Assembly: GCF_001194135.2 (NCBI RefSeq)
Contig: NC_068984.1
Span: 13,540,456-13,598,220 of the forward strand
Source: Octopus bimaculoides
Lineage: Eukaryota
Reading direction: 5' to 3'
Length of the DNA stretch: 57,765 nt
Numbering within the stretch: the stretch's first letter is position 1; every line of letters begins with the position of its first letter. Position numbers and translations under genes: made by a program. Below are positions 37,248 through 50,644 of this stretch, piece after piece. Below the pieces are notes generated by a model. That model was not told the origin of the DNA. It saw nothing but the letters and a program-made list of their open reading frames with translations, and did not search any database.

Positions 37248-38324
37248 CGTTTGTGTTTCTTGACGTTTTTAGCAATGCTCTGTAAGAGACATCATTAACA
37301 AATATGGTTGGTAGATATTGGAAAGCTTTAGTGAGACACTTCATAAAAGCTTACAAGCATTATGAAATGCTTGTGTGAAAGATAAGGGTATATATCTTCT
37401 AAGAATGGTTTATTTCTGTATGCAAATATGAAACAAAGCATATAAAGTCGTTCCTGAAAGACATATTGAACTATGAAGCACAAATTTTGATAGAAATGTC
37501 TGTCGCGACTAAGTTGATTGACTGTTCAAGGAAATAAAAATGTTTATCAACGTGGGTGGCTCATTGCAATTGATGAGCTTGTATTTGGTGTAGATAATAT
37601 CATCATCTGTTGTGCTGTAGAATCAAGCTGTTACGTAGCCAGATCCTGTTACCAAACAATAATCGAAAGCTTTTCATAGACTGTAATAGAGACGAACTAT
37701 GCTTAATGTTACCCTGGAAAGAAGCATTTAAATGCTAATTAATTCGTCCAGTTTGATGATCAAGATATTCCTGATGGCATAATCATTTCAGTTCGTTCAT
37801 TTCGTTCGTCTCAATTCTTATTTAAATCTGCTATGATAACCTTTTAACTTCATTCCACTAATTACCTATGGCCTAAACATATGTAATAAAACGATACCAA
37901 GCAAAGGCATATACAGTTGGTGGAAGAAAAAGCAACATGCAATAGAAATAAGACTCAATTTTAGTTAGAATTGCATCTTCATACTTTTATGTTGAATGTC
38001 ATTTCGGGCGCCAGAGAAGAAAATATTTTCTTTAATAGAAAATACTAAATTTTAACACATTTCAAAATTTTGCACGATAATTACTTACTGGTATAAAAAA
38101 AAACAACTTTGCACTATTATATATTAATTTTTTTTATACTGTTTTATACTGATTTCAAAATGTCACTCCATTTGTATACATAACGTATCAGTTTTTCAGT
38201 AGATACATGGGAATATTTACATATGTATACATATAAAATCATTAACGTAACATATAAGGATATATTATTTTTAGAAAGTGAATGTGTTTATTGAGTGACA
38301 ATTCATCATTACCATTCTACAAAG

Positions 38325-40030
38325 AGTGAATACAGAAAAAATGGGCGAAACAAACCTGGAAACATTGTGATTTGGATTTCCTGCAGTGTTCCTGATCTGG
38401 TTGATCACGGTAAAGTGTCCAGCAGTAGTTATCCAGCATACTGTCATCTCGGAAGCTTTGGCACGGTTTCTCCATAGCACTGCTGTCCTAGAGAGATCTT
38501 TCACCCTGTTCATCAGATACTAGAGAAGTAAGCTTTCAGTGGCACGCGACAACGCCTTGCTGAGTAACATTTCGGAAGATTCTTGATGCCATCCTTGTAA
38601 TCCATTGTGTTCTGGTTGCCCCCAAAATTCTCACACATCCAATTGAAAGCATTGAAGGCAGGTAGTTCCAGTTTGTCCAGTGTAGTCATGAAGTCGACAT
38701 CTTTGAGTACTTCTCTAATTTGAGGTCTGACAAAGATACCCTCATTCAACTTCGCCTGTGTGATTTTGGAAAGCTTTTCTACAATATACTCAAGCTCCCT
38801 GGCATTTCTCTTCCCTAGTGTCTCTACAAACTGTTTTAACAGTGCAAGCTTTATGTACAAAGAAGGCAATAATACATTACATGGATGACATTGCATGGAT
38901 CTACAAGTGGTGTATTCTTGACGCCAGACAGTCCTGGCTGGTATGATATTCTGGTCAGCCAGTTCCATTCCAAATAATGTCTGGCAGTTGCTCGACGATC
39001 TCATAGACACAAGAAACAACAGTTTTTTTTGTAAAACCTGGCTGCATTCCCATTAAAATTGGAATGACTTCTAAATCTCCACATATTTTCCATAAGTGTC
39101 TTTCATATGCAATGGTATGAAGTAAAACTTCCATATTCTCATATGATTCATGAAGATGAACGGAGTGTGCAATAGGTATGGAGGGCTTCAAATTACCATT
39201 ATGTAGATGTACAGCCTTTAAATTTCGTTTTGAAGAGACAACAAACAAGCGCCACTGTACAGAAATCATGATTTTGTGATAAACATTCTAAAACTCCATC
39301 GATGTTACTGCAAAATCAAAGCGGTACTTCAGCAGAAAAACACGTTTGTAGAACCACGTTTCTCTCCTGAAAGTATGTCATACGAACACTGTACGCTAGC
39401 AGATACCTCTCCTTCAGTCTTGATCCAACAGTTCTGCTTTTATCTTTTGAGAGGGATAGGTCTCTGACAAGGTCACTCAGTTCAGCTTGGGAAAATTTTG
39501 GAAGTTCAAAGTTATCGTCATCAGCCACGTGGTCTTCCTCAGTAGCACTGTCTTGACAGTCAGCATCATCATCTGATGTTTCAATTCCATCATCTAATGG
39601 AACTGGAATTGACAGACTTCCATTGTGAGGCACAGGTTTCATTGCAGAATCAAAACTGGGATACATAATTTTGTGTTTATTCTTCATAGAAAATCTTGTG
39701 ACATTTACTTTACAAACATAAATCATTAAAATGGTCTTTCGGCTCCCTCCATATCATTGGAATGGCAAAAAGCATAGACTTCTTATTATTATTCAACCAG
39801 TCACATTAGCCATTTGAGCAAGCTGAGCAGATAAAATGAGGTAACCATAACTTGTCCTGAACTCCAAGGGGTCGGTCAGTCAAAGTATAGTTTATAAATA
39901 TTCTTTGTCTCTGGTGTTTTTGAGCTTTCATAATACGTTTTTGAGCTTCCATAATAAATTGTCCAAAGACATAATAAAACACATCAGACCGATTTCTACA
40001 CTGTCTTGGAATTGTTAACACTGTAAAATA
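38325..40030 (-). pseudogene. Chapaev3 (CMC/CACTA-related) transposase remnant, near-complete domain order
   Basis: CRN..D-x-F-x-Y-x-x-GQF; LG-x-QDK-x-W-x-PH; YPS-x-DSA-x-x-PVPH; FSQAELSDLVRDL; WRLF..SSKRNLKAV-x-LHNGN; PIAHSV; WKICGDL; EGIFV-x-PQIR; YCW. Many frameshifts. A possible CAC terminus lies at 38112. Confidence 0.85.
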
Positions 40031-40807
40031 AGTAAGGAAATAGCTACAAACGATTATACTTATATTGAACTTGAGATGATGAAATATTTCATCAGACCAA
40101 ATTGAGATGTTGAAATACATATTTCGTCAGACAGAACTTAATTGGTTAATTTAAGTTGATGAAATATTGAATCTCAACTATGCAGCAATGAATAATGTAG
40201 TTTATTTTAAAGGTAAGTTTCCATGATGTAAATGAAATATATGCATACACGTCATTGATTAGAATTCCTCTATAATCCATTACAAAATGGCTGATCGTTA
40301 GTAAGGAAAGACACACCAATAAGAAAGAAGAATACAAAGGACAACTGATGAGGTCACACATGTGTGACGAAAGAACTCTGGCCGAATTACGATTAATTAA
40401 AAATAAATAAAATAAAGCTTAAGCAAATTAACACGAAATATATACTGCGTGTGTTTATATTGGCTAAATCGGCAACATGACCATCCCCGAATACAACAAT
40501 ATCTGTTTCAACACACGCGTTCAGATCAAGAATCTTTCAAAACNNNNNNNNNNNNNNNNNNNNNNNNNNNNNNNNNNNNNNNNNNNNNNNNNNNNNNNNN
40601 NNNNNNNNNNNNNNNNNNNNNNNNNNNNNNNNNNNNNNNNNNNNNNNNNNNNNNNNNNNNNNNNNNNNNNNNNNNNNNNNNNNNNNNNNNNNNNNNNNNN
40701 NNNNNNNNNNNNNNNNNNNNNNNNNNNNNNNNNNNNNNNNNNNNNNNNNNNNNNNNNNNNNNNNNNNNNNNNNNNNNNNNNNNNNNNNNNNNNNNNNNNN
40801 NNNNNNN

Positions 40808-40844
<37 letters not shown>

Positions 40845-41794
40845 CTTTTTATGTCATGTTATAATAACAATTTAACATTAGACAGAAGATTAGTCAATAT
40901 GTTTTTGTCTAGTATATATTTATGACATTTTTCAAACAACAGGGATGGTAGAGATATTTTGAAATTTTGCTCCCCTCCCCGGCCTTTGTCACAGAAAGAG
41001 AAAATGAAGAGAATGTCAGAGAAGGAGGTTGACGACTTTCACTGAGATGGTACTGAAATCATCGGTGATTTAATCCCAGAAATACTTTCAAGATTCAAAT
41101 TATAATCGTGAGTACGGGAATATGAAATGCCCTGACATATTTCTGTAGCATTAAGTAAACAGAATTACGAAGCTTGTGACAAAATTATATTTGTCAATAT
41201 TTTGAAGCACTCAGTGGGGCTGTTCTGTAGGCGATAATTCCTACAGAATAATGTATTAGTTTCCAAAGAGTACAGTAAAAAAGCAAATGCAGTTAAAGCT
41301 ACAACGTATATTTCTTCCATGTCAACACACATCACTGTATAACTATTTATTAAACAATACACATGTACCTATATTTATTTTCGAAAAAGAAGAAAATAGT
41401 AATATATACGTTAGAACAGTTTTTACTCTCACTCTCTCTCTCTCTCTCTNNNNNNNNNNNNNNNNNNNNNNNNNNNNNNNNNNNNNNNNNNNNNNNNNNN
41501 NNNNNNNNNNNNNNNNNNNNNNNNNNNNNNNNNNNNNNNNNNNNNNNNNNNNNNNNNNNNNNNNNNNNNNNNNNNNNNNNNNNNNNNNNNNNNNNNNNNN
41601 NNNNNNNNNNNNNNNNNNNNNNNNNNNNNNNNNNNNNNNNNNNNNNNNNNNNNNNNNNNNNNNNNTGGTCCTACGATATATTCTTTTACCAAAAGACAGG
41701 AGTGTGTCAGTACTCTTCATATACAAATATATATATATATCTATTTATATATGTATACATATACGCATAAACATACACGGACACATACAAACAC

Positions 41795-41837
<43 letters not shown>

Positions 41838-42416
41838 TACACACACATACACACACACAGACACTCAGCCATGGAGCTTCCTCCTCGTGCCTGCATATAT
41901 ACGTAAAACAATATATACGTGGATACACGTATGGATGCACACACACATTTATATGTATTTGCATATATACCATTATTTAATTATGTATGCGTATGTATGT
42001 ATGAATTAATCGATGAAAATGATGGTATTTACTGAAATTATACATAGTTTTCCATAAGTTTTGTCAGCTACATCCGAATGAATACACATTTTAAAATATT
42101 AGCATGGAACCATTTCGGTATTTTGTGAGAAAATTTTGACGTACAAGTTACTGAATACTGAGTTGATTGTGACGCGTTCAGAGGAAATAACAGCAAAAGA
42201 GTGTTGAGAAAACAAAATATTTAATTTCCCGATGGGAAATAGAAAGTTCTTATTTGAAACGCTGTTGCTGAACGAATTGTGACAAGAACATATAAAATGG
42301 GTCACGAGGAATGTGTATATATACATATATACATACACATCTATATTGTACATACATACATACAAACAAACATACATACATGCATGCATACATGCATGCA
42401 CACACACATACACATG

Positions 42417-42459
<43 letters not shown>

Positions 42460-43251
42460 CCATACACATCTATATAAAACGTACATATATACATGCATAC
42501 ATACACACATATGTATGTAGGTATATATGTATGTATGTATGGATGGATGGATATATATATATATATATACATACACACACACACACGCACACGTACACAC
42601 ACACACACACACACGCACACACATATATATATATATTTTAAAAATAACGTCGACCACTAACGTGGACAATTAATGCGCTAGAAATAGATCACATTTTGTG
42701 TCTATTAAGACCTAAAAAGTTCTCAATATGCTGCTATATTTCATGTTGAGAACTTTTTAGGTCTTANNNNNNNNNNNNNNNNNNNNNNNNNNNNNNNNNN
42801 NNNNNNNNNNNNNNNNNNNNNNNNNNNNNNNNNNNNNNNNNNNNNNNNNNNNNNNNNNNNNNNNNNNNNNNNNNNNNNNNNNNNNNNNNNNNNNNNNNNN
42901 NNNNNNNNNNNNNNNNNNNNNNNNNNNNNNNNNNNNNNNNNNNNNNNNNNNNNNNNNNNNNNNNNNNNNNNNNNNNNNNNNNNNNNNNNNNNNNNNNNNN
43001 NNNNNNNNNNNNNNNNNNNNNNNNNNNNNNNNNNNNNNNNNNNNNNNNNNNNNNNNNNNNNNNNNNNNNNNNNNNNNNNNNNNNNNNNNNNNNNNNNNNN
43101 NNNNNNNNNNNNNNNNNNNNNNNNNNNNNNNNNNNNNNNNNNNNNNNNNNNNNNNNNNNNNNNNNNNNNNNNNNNNNNNNNNNNNNNNNNNNNNNNNNNN
43201 NNATATATATATATATATATACATCTGTGTGTATAGATATACATATGCATA

Positions 43252-44134
43252 TACAAGGTACGATGAGTAAATTGTCGGCATTTTGTATTTTTAATTTCGC
43301 GCATGCACATAGTTCGTTTTTGGTTTTGTCGACTACACAGTATATTGGGTCGGTTGGGCACCGTCTGTTAGAAAAACAGCACAGTGACGTAAATCACTCT
43401 GCCATAAATTTGGAAACGTCATGCTGTATTGCTTGGCATTTGTGCCGGAAGCTCCAATACGAACGTTTCAGAGTGTTTGGGTGTCAATCTGAAGATAGTG
43501 CAATCTGCGGACGTGTACCGAGAGTGATAAAATTCAAAGATCCAGTCATGATCAAGGTCTTTGAAGTGATCAGTAGCAATGATGCCGTTATGCCTCCCTT
43601 CATCCTCTCACACAGTGTCAAGTTCCATTTGGAGGCCTACATCAAGTGCCTGGAAAAGGTAGAGTTGCCCTGGGTTAATAGGGTGAATGCTGGAAGACCC
43701 TATGTCTGGCAACAGTACTCTGCACCATGTCATACAAGCAGGGGAACACAGTTAAGACTGTCACAATTTCTGCGACCACATTACCCCTAACATCTGGCCA
43801 CCTAAATCCCTAGACTGCAACCCCTTTCATCATTATATGTGGGGCACAAATGAGCTAGAGACCAATAAAACTCCTTGTAACACCAAAGATCAACTGAAGG
43901 CAAGGATTATTGTAGCATTCACCAACTGAAACGTGGAGACCGTCCAGAGGAGTTGCATGAGATTCCGAATTCATCCAAAAGCCGTGGTTGAAGCCAATAG
44001 AGATTTTATTGAATAAATTTAGTGTTTCAAAATATTTTTATGCAATTTTGTTAAATATACCTGTTAACATGAGATGTCAGTGTTATTTCCATATTTGCGT
44101 AATTCAGACGATAGCTTATTCACCGCATCCTGTA
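43252..44134 (+). mobile_element. Internally deleted maT/DD37D-like Tc1/mariner element with both TIRs
   Basis: RPYVWQQ(D>Y)SAPCHTS and WPPKSLDCNPF..Y motifs. TIRs TACAAGGTACGATGAGTAAATTGTCG versus reverse complement of the right end, TACAGGATGCGGTGAATAAGCTATCG (differences are transitions); TA at both ends. Confidence 0.85.
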
Positions 44135-44713
44135 AATATACATATGCGCTGTATATATCAACTAGTAACACTGTATAAATACGTCTAAACACTATACTAG
44201 AAGCTGACTAGATAATTATGATCTGGCCCGAAAAGTTTCAGAAACTCTGTTGTAGATGAATTGTTGCAGTCAAATTCGCGGGATATCGTATGCAAATGTA
44301 GTCGAACAGCAGTAAATTGAGTAATACATGCAGGAACTTCTCAAGCGATTATATATAAGCATAATCTATTCTAAAAGAATATGCCGCATCTGTTCTAGAC
44401 ACTTATGATTGTTATGACGTCATATGTGCTACTCGTACGTTTATTCAACTCGTATACACATTCGCTCATGTATTGGAAAAGATTTACTGTGTATTACAAC
44501 ATCTGTTTCATCCTGTGTTATTTGGAATGGTAACTTTGAATTAAAACTTAACAGAAATGTAAATATATTCCAAACATGGAATTGGATACACAGTATGATA
44601 ACTGTTTCTATCATTCTACCTGTCTACTTGTCTGTCGGTCATTTACATCCATCTATCCATCCACATAAGTACCTACCTACCTACATACCTACCTACCTAA
44701 CCTACCTACCTAC

Positions 44714-44919
44714 TGTTGTGTGGAAGTAGAACACCCCTATTGGCTGGCTCCCAATGGACTGTGCCACAATATAGATGGTCATACGCAGCGAGTCATTCGA
44801 GCAGAGTGAAGCCGAGATTTGTGTATTGTCGAGGGTTGTTTCCAGTATCTTGAGTAGAACGATTTGCAAGGACATTATTATTATCCGGTTATATCGCACA
44901 TCGAACGTGCGATACAACA
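44714..44919. mobile_element. 206-bp element with TGTTGT...ACAACA termini inside a (CCTA)n tract (solo-LTR-like)
   Basis: 6-bp inverted termini; flanks CCTAC / CTTAC; (CCTA)n on both sides. Confidence 0.45.
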
Positions 44920-45337
44920 CTTACCTACCTACCTGCCTACCTACCTACCTACCTACCTACCTACCTACCTACCTATATATAGGTAGATAGATAGGTCACG
45001 ACAGAAACCAGTTATACTGAATTACCATTCGTAGACATTCACATAAAAATACACGACTCCACAGTGACAACATATATTTTATAAAAACGGAACTTGAACT
45101 TCTACTTTTGCCATCCCTCACACATCAAAAGGAGCATTCCACACAATATGGCGAGACGTAACTGTACTATAATTATTGATCCAAGAATGCATCAAATCTG
45201 ATTTAATGAATTCAAAGGCTTCCTAAATATACAGAACTGCCCCTTAAAATTAATAAATGATGTAATTATGAAGGTGATGAAGCTGAACATCACACAACTA
45301 AAGGCACTAAAGAACAAAAATGAAAAAAACATACTAA

Positions 45338-45880
45338 TACAGAGCGGAGCAAAATTATTTGACACATTTGTAGTTTTAATAAAAGCGAAATAAAATATAT
45401 AATGTAAAAAGTGTTTGCATTTTCCAAATGTACATATAATGCCATTTTGTTTCCGATTACCCCTATGGAATGGATAGGTGAGCATATTGAGGAAGATGTT
45501 CTCCAGTAACTTGGTCTCGTTGCGCGGTGATATCGGTTGGCCCGCCTGATCACCTGATTTGAACCTGTGTAAGTTTTTTTAGGGGATATTTGAAATCAAA
45601 AATATACGCTCCATTGAAGAATTAAAAGATGCCATTCGTCAAGAAATTGCTGCCATTCCCCATGAAATGACCCGTCAAGTTATGGACAACTTTCGTGAAA
45701 ATCTTCGACATAGTGTGGACAATAACAGCAAATATTTGACTGATGTAATTTTAAAAATGAAATGAAACAAAATGGCATTATATGTAATTTTGTGAAATAA
45801 AAATATTTTTAAACATTATTTTCTCTATTTTGCTTTTATTCAACCTACAAATGTGTCAGGTCATTTTTCCCCACCCTGCA
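45338..45880 (+). mobile_element. Tc1/mariner (rosa-like) derivative with ~116-bp TIRs around a transposase C-terminal fragment
   Basis: Arms 45338-45453 / 45764-45880 are diverged reverse complements. The interior reads GDIGWPA*SPDLNLC-x-FF..GYLKSK...SIEELKDAIRQEIAAIP...MDNFRE-x-LR. Confidence 0.8.
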
Positions 45881-46519
45881 TATATCAAATGACTGAAACA
45901 AGTAGAAGAGTAGAGGAATAGAATAGTAATGAAATTACTAAACGTTAACTAAGCAGATAGGATACAAAGCTTTAAGGAAATATCAAGCAACCTGCAACAG
46001 TTTGAATGGTTTCGATTGTTAAACACGAAAATAAGATGTGAGGGGAATAACGAGTTCACACTTCTCCAATTACCTTTTATGCAAAAATTTAACAAAAATC
46101 TATGGTAACTCTTCTCATTAAAATGCCAACTCAGGACGCTGAGCAAATGTCTCTGCTACCATAGAAGAAATTTTGAACGAGCCAGTATAAATCACAAGTT
46201 TGCTTCCAAGCCACAAGCATTATACAGCGAGACGTAGGGAGAAACGTTACTGATATAGGAAAAACCCTCTCAAGTTTTTGAATCATTCTGGTGTAAAATC
46301 TGCAATGAAAAGCAGGATTTCAGCTTAATGCATCGTGGCTAAATACAGTTAAGAGACAATACTGTATAACTATCGACAGTAAAATATACGCAATTGATCT
46401 GGAATATTTTTGCATAGCTACAGGTAAACCATATAATGAGAAAGCACCGGGAAGAGACAGAATAGTTGAATATTTGAAGAAAAGTCTATTTTCTACAAAG
46501 AAAGCTTTTACTATGTATT

Positions 46520-46736
46520 TCTTTTTTTACTTGTTTCAGTCAGTTGACTGCGGCCATGCTGGAGCAATCCCTTTAGTCGAGCAGATCGACCCCAGGATTT
46601 ATTCTTTCTAAGCCTAGTACTTATTCTGTCGGGTCCTTTTGCCGAACCGTTAAGTTACGGGGACGTAAACACTCCAGCATTAGTTGTCAAGCGATGTTGG
46701 GGGGACAGACACAGACACACAAACATATACACACAC

Positions 46737-46768
<32 letters not shown>

Positions 46769-46961
46769 NNNNNNNNNNATATATACACATACATATATAG
46801 GACGTACTACTTTTAGTTTCCGTCTACCAAATCCACTCACAAGGCTTTGGTCGACCCGAGGTTATAGTAGAAGACATTTGTCCAAGGTGCCACGCAGTGG
46901 GACTGAACCCATGACCATGTGGTTGATAAGCAAGCTACTTACCACACAGCCACTCCTGCGC
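46520..46961 (-). mobile_element. SINE family A, full length, with a small gap inside its internal (TA)n
   Basis: Reverse complement of 8873-9248. Confidence 0.92.
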
Positions 46962-47520
46962 AAATGTATGTTCAAAAGGATTATAGAAATTCAGATTGAC
47001 TCATCGACATGCATTGTTATAGCATAGAAGAATATAGTGACCAAGAATGAATGCACCAAGTTGGCAGAAAACGGTACACATTGTACCTCAACCATTTCCT
47101 CCAGGATAATTTCAAGTCCAACGATATAGCGATTGCTGAACATGCAGGTAGAAAGGAGGGTGTATGGGGGTGTGCCGAATAACTTTTGAGAAACAGAGCA
47201 GTAATGCCAGATAACACTGTAGCAGCCTTGCGACAGTATGGCTTGATTTCCCAACACGTGGTTGGTGAACTGTTTATATTCGGGACAAGTATCTCATTCC
47301 TTTGTTGCTGTTATGTAGAGGCTCATAAAACCTGAGCAACAATCTGTCCACACTTATAAGTGAGATCGGAACGATCGTCTCCAATGTTGTTAGTATTTCA
47401 GAGGAATATTTACAAGGAGATATATTTTCTGTTTATTTTTAGAAATAATACATTTCTAAATCTCTCAGAGAGATTTATACAGTAGTGATACGATAAAGTA
47501 GTTGTATGCTGTCAAATTAA

Positions 47521-47769
47521 TGTGACAGTCCCCTGAAGAGAATAATACTACTATTGGTTAGACCTAGGAAGCTGTACCGCTTCCTGTCGGCCTTGACACA
47601 TTTTCTGTGTCCTTATGTTTACAAGGGGGAGACTGTTTAGCTGGGTGGAAATGCTTGTTTCCCCCTTGTAAACATAAGGACGCAGGAAATGTGTCAATGC
47701 CGACGGGAAGCGGTGCAGCTTCCTCGGTTTAACCAATAGTAGTATTATTCCCTTCAGGAGACTATCACA
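47521..47769. mobile_element. Fold-back MITE: 110-bp TIRs, 29-bp spacer, TTAA on both sides
   Basis: 47521-47630 versus 47660-47769: 10 mismatches in 110 by my count. Termini TGTGA...TCACA; TTAA at 47517-47520 and 47770-47773. Confidence 0.9.
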
Positions 47770-48049
47770 TTAAGTTGAAAGCGTACAACTACTTCTGTTT
47801 ATTTTGTCATTAAATCCACTAGCATTCCTACTAGGAAAAACAAATGGTTATATGATCGGATTTTCAAATGCTAGAGATATTAATATAAGCAGTAACATTT
47901 TGTAGATGTCCTGATGTTTTATAGTTAAAACATTTAACAATACCAAAACCTCAACTCGAGTTAATAGCAGCATTTCCAGCTGTCACAGGATTGGGATTTG
48001 GTTAAAATAAATGCTATTATTGTTGAACATGAAATATCAGTCTCACACC

Positions 48050-49040
48050 CCAAAACCTGCCCATCAACCGTCTTCCTATCCTTCTTCCACACAAAGAATA
48101 CTGCATAGACTTAGACATTGCTGAAAATATATTCCAAGGTGTTGTGAATAAAATGAGATTTCGTGAGGAGAGTTACAACGACCATATTTTTTCTAACTCT
48201 GGAATGATATTCTAGGGTGACTATTCAAATGTCATTACTCTGTCTCAGGCAACACCTTCTGTACAAGTTCAGTAGAAATAAACACATAAATCTAGTGCTG
48301 AAAAGGGAAACAAACAGCAGGCTGCGTGTCAGTAGTAAGCTCCTCAGGAAGCATTCGCTTCCTAATGATCTCCCATGCAACCCCCAAACAGTCAAACGAA
48401 CATACCTCAAAGAAGACCCGGAAGCGAAATGCTCAAGCATATCAAAAAAGATTATGCATGTGTATGCTTCGTGAAGATAGAAGCAGACAGTAATATCGAC
48501 AGAAAAAGCTGCCTCTCTTGTACGCCTGATCACTTCATATTACGCTTCAAAGGCTATGCGTTTGCATTTCAAGAACAGGAAATTGCTACGAAATACCGAG
48601 CAAACAAAAGTATCATCAAGCCCTTTGAGACCCAAAATGCAATCAATGAAGAAAATTGTGATATTCTTGAGGAGGACATCACGCCTGTGATTAATAGCTG
48701 CTAAACATTTCATCAAACACTACCAATAGATGCGACACGACGTTGTCACGAAAGCAATATACAATGTCATTTTGAAGAAAAAAAAGACTGTCCTGGAATA
48801 AATATACAGAATCATCCTGTTTTGAATATGTACACAATTATCAACACAAGAAATATTGGACGACAATTCATATCAAAACCACTGTGAAGCGTAAGCACCA
48901 CATTCCATATATTGTTGATTCTCACAGACAAGTAAAAGTATGTATCACCATGGAGACCAGTTGTCCTGTTGATGTGAATATCTCCGAAAATCAAAGAGAA
49001 AAAAGGATAACAATGAATATCCGCTTGCAAACCTCCAGCT
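48050..49040 (+). mobile_element. Old RLE-type (R4/Dong-like) LINE fragment, third lineage
   Basis: FKGYAFAFQEQEIATKY; EDITPVINSC followed by frameshifted MRHDVVTKAIY (CCHC/RHD region); E-x-SCPVDVNISE-x-QREK (RLE). Boundaries are approximate. Confidence 0.65.
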
Positions 49041-49467
49041 TCTATATCTAGATTAGAACTTTACGTTAATTACGATAATTATTATTGCGCTTGGTTTTTG
49101 TCAGTAAATACCTCAGTGAGAGTTTAGAAAAGCGAAAGCTTTGCGTGTATGCATGCCTATGCGCATACGTAGATAGACTGTTTCGATCACGCATTAGCTC
49201 CTGACAAGAAAAGCATACAGACGATCGTACAGGTTTCGAAACATTTGTCCAAGTGCGTGTATCTAAAATATCTCTGATTTCTTTACCAGTTTCTATAGCG
49301 GGACAAATAGTTTTGCGGCTGTTTAAAATGTTATTCTTTAATCTTGTTTGCAAACCGAATACTGCGTCATTAGTCTTGAGAGAACCACTCATATAGGCGT
49401 GTCATGCTTAAAAGCACACATAGATCGTAGTAGACCAAAGTCGTCGGTAACGGACGCTTGAAATCCC

Positions 49468-49502
49468 ATATAACGTGATTTCGGTCTATTGGACCTCATC
49501 AT
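49468..49502 (-). ncRNA. Hammerhead-like core (C3->A), minus strand
   Basis: (A)TGATGA GGTC-caata-GACC GAAA: perfect stem II between the two core boxes; stems I and III are poor. Confidence 0.4.
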
Positions 49503-50049
49503 TTGGAAGAACCGGACACTTCATACCAGTCAGATTTCGCAGCTACGATATAGAGAATATCAGCAACTTTTTTAATGCTGATGTCGCAGATAGCTTGTCG
49601 TTTTATTAAAAATTATTAACGACGGAAGAAGTATTAATATCAAAAGACAATCTATATATCCAAATTAACATTGATGCCGGAATGTTCTGGCAGATTTGTC
49701 ACTGAAGAGTATAAGTGAGTCGAAAAACTGTCCCTGACGATTTTCCAACGACCTTCTGGACAAACAATGTTGTTTTAATACGCAAGTCGCTTTATGAGAA
49801 TATTTTCTTAGAGAAATCATTACAGTTGGCGCCTGTCTACATTTGAATATAGATTAGAAATATTACACAGAATATTATTTTAACTTTTCCTCAATCTAGT
49901 GAGTATACTAATATACTAACATAAACGTACGCACAGTCATATATGCGTTTGGGTCCATATATCTGCCTGTTTGATTATCTGTCTGTCTGTCTCTCTCTCT
50001 ATACATACACACATACATACACACACACATACATACATACATACATACG

Positions 50050-50170
50050 TTCTTTTATTCTTTTATTTGCTTCAGTCATTTGACTGCGGCCATGCTGAAG
50101 CACCACCCAGAACTTATTCTTTGAAAGCCTAGTACTTATTGCATCGGGTTCTTTTGCCGAACCGCTAAGT
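50050..50170 (-). mobile_element. SINE family A 3' fragment with internal deletion
   Basis: TTCAGTCATTTGACTGCGGCCATGCTG...TTTTGCCGAACCGCTAAGT. Confidence 0.85.
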
Positions 50171-50403
50171 CCTTTGGTTCCAGCTTCAGTATTTGATACA
50201 TTTGTTTTAGACATTTTCACTCAACATCGAGGTTTGTATTTTAAGCTTAGCCACCAACTGGTATTTTATCGACACACCATCTCTAGAAAGATTGTCAACC
50301 AAGACTGCAGAGCTCTTACAACCCATAAGTTGGGCCTGTTAGCTTCGCATTTCTGTCTGCGATTATTATTATTACTGTAATATTATTATTATTATTACTT
50401 TTT

Positions 50404-50617
50404 GGCGATCCGGTAGGATAGTTAACATGCCGGGCAAAATGCATAGCGGTATTTTGTCCGTCTTTACTTTCTGATTACAAATTCTTCCGAGGTCGACTTT
50501 GCCGTTCAATCTTCCGAGGTCGATAAAATATGTACCAATCGAGCACTAGTGTTGATGTAATCGATGTCGCCTCTCTCTCCGAATTGCTGGCCTTGTGCCA
50601 AAATTTGAAACCATTAT
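50404..50617 (+). mobile_element. SINE family B (diverged)
   Basis: GAGGTCGACTTTGCC core; GCCTTGTGCCAAAATTTGAAACCATTATT tail. Confidence 0.85.
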
Positions 50618-50644
50618 TATTAACATTATTTTTATTATTGGCTT

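Noticed and set aside
1390-43361. Long ORFs made mostly of X (e.g. 2417-3243, 9583-10766, 17588-18457, 32198-33137)
   Set aside because: They exist only because N gaps contain no stop codons.
48217-48704. Cellular gene from the overlapping 85-aa and 109-aa ORFs
   Set aside because: The QEQEIATKY, RHD and SCPVD motifs identify a decayed RLE LINE.
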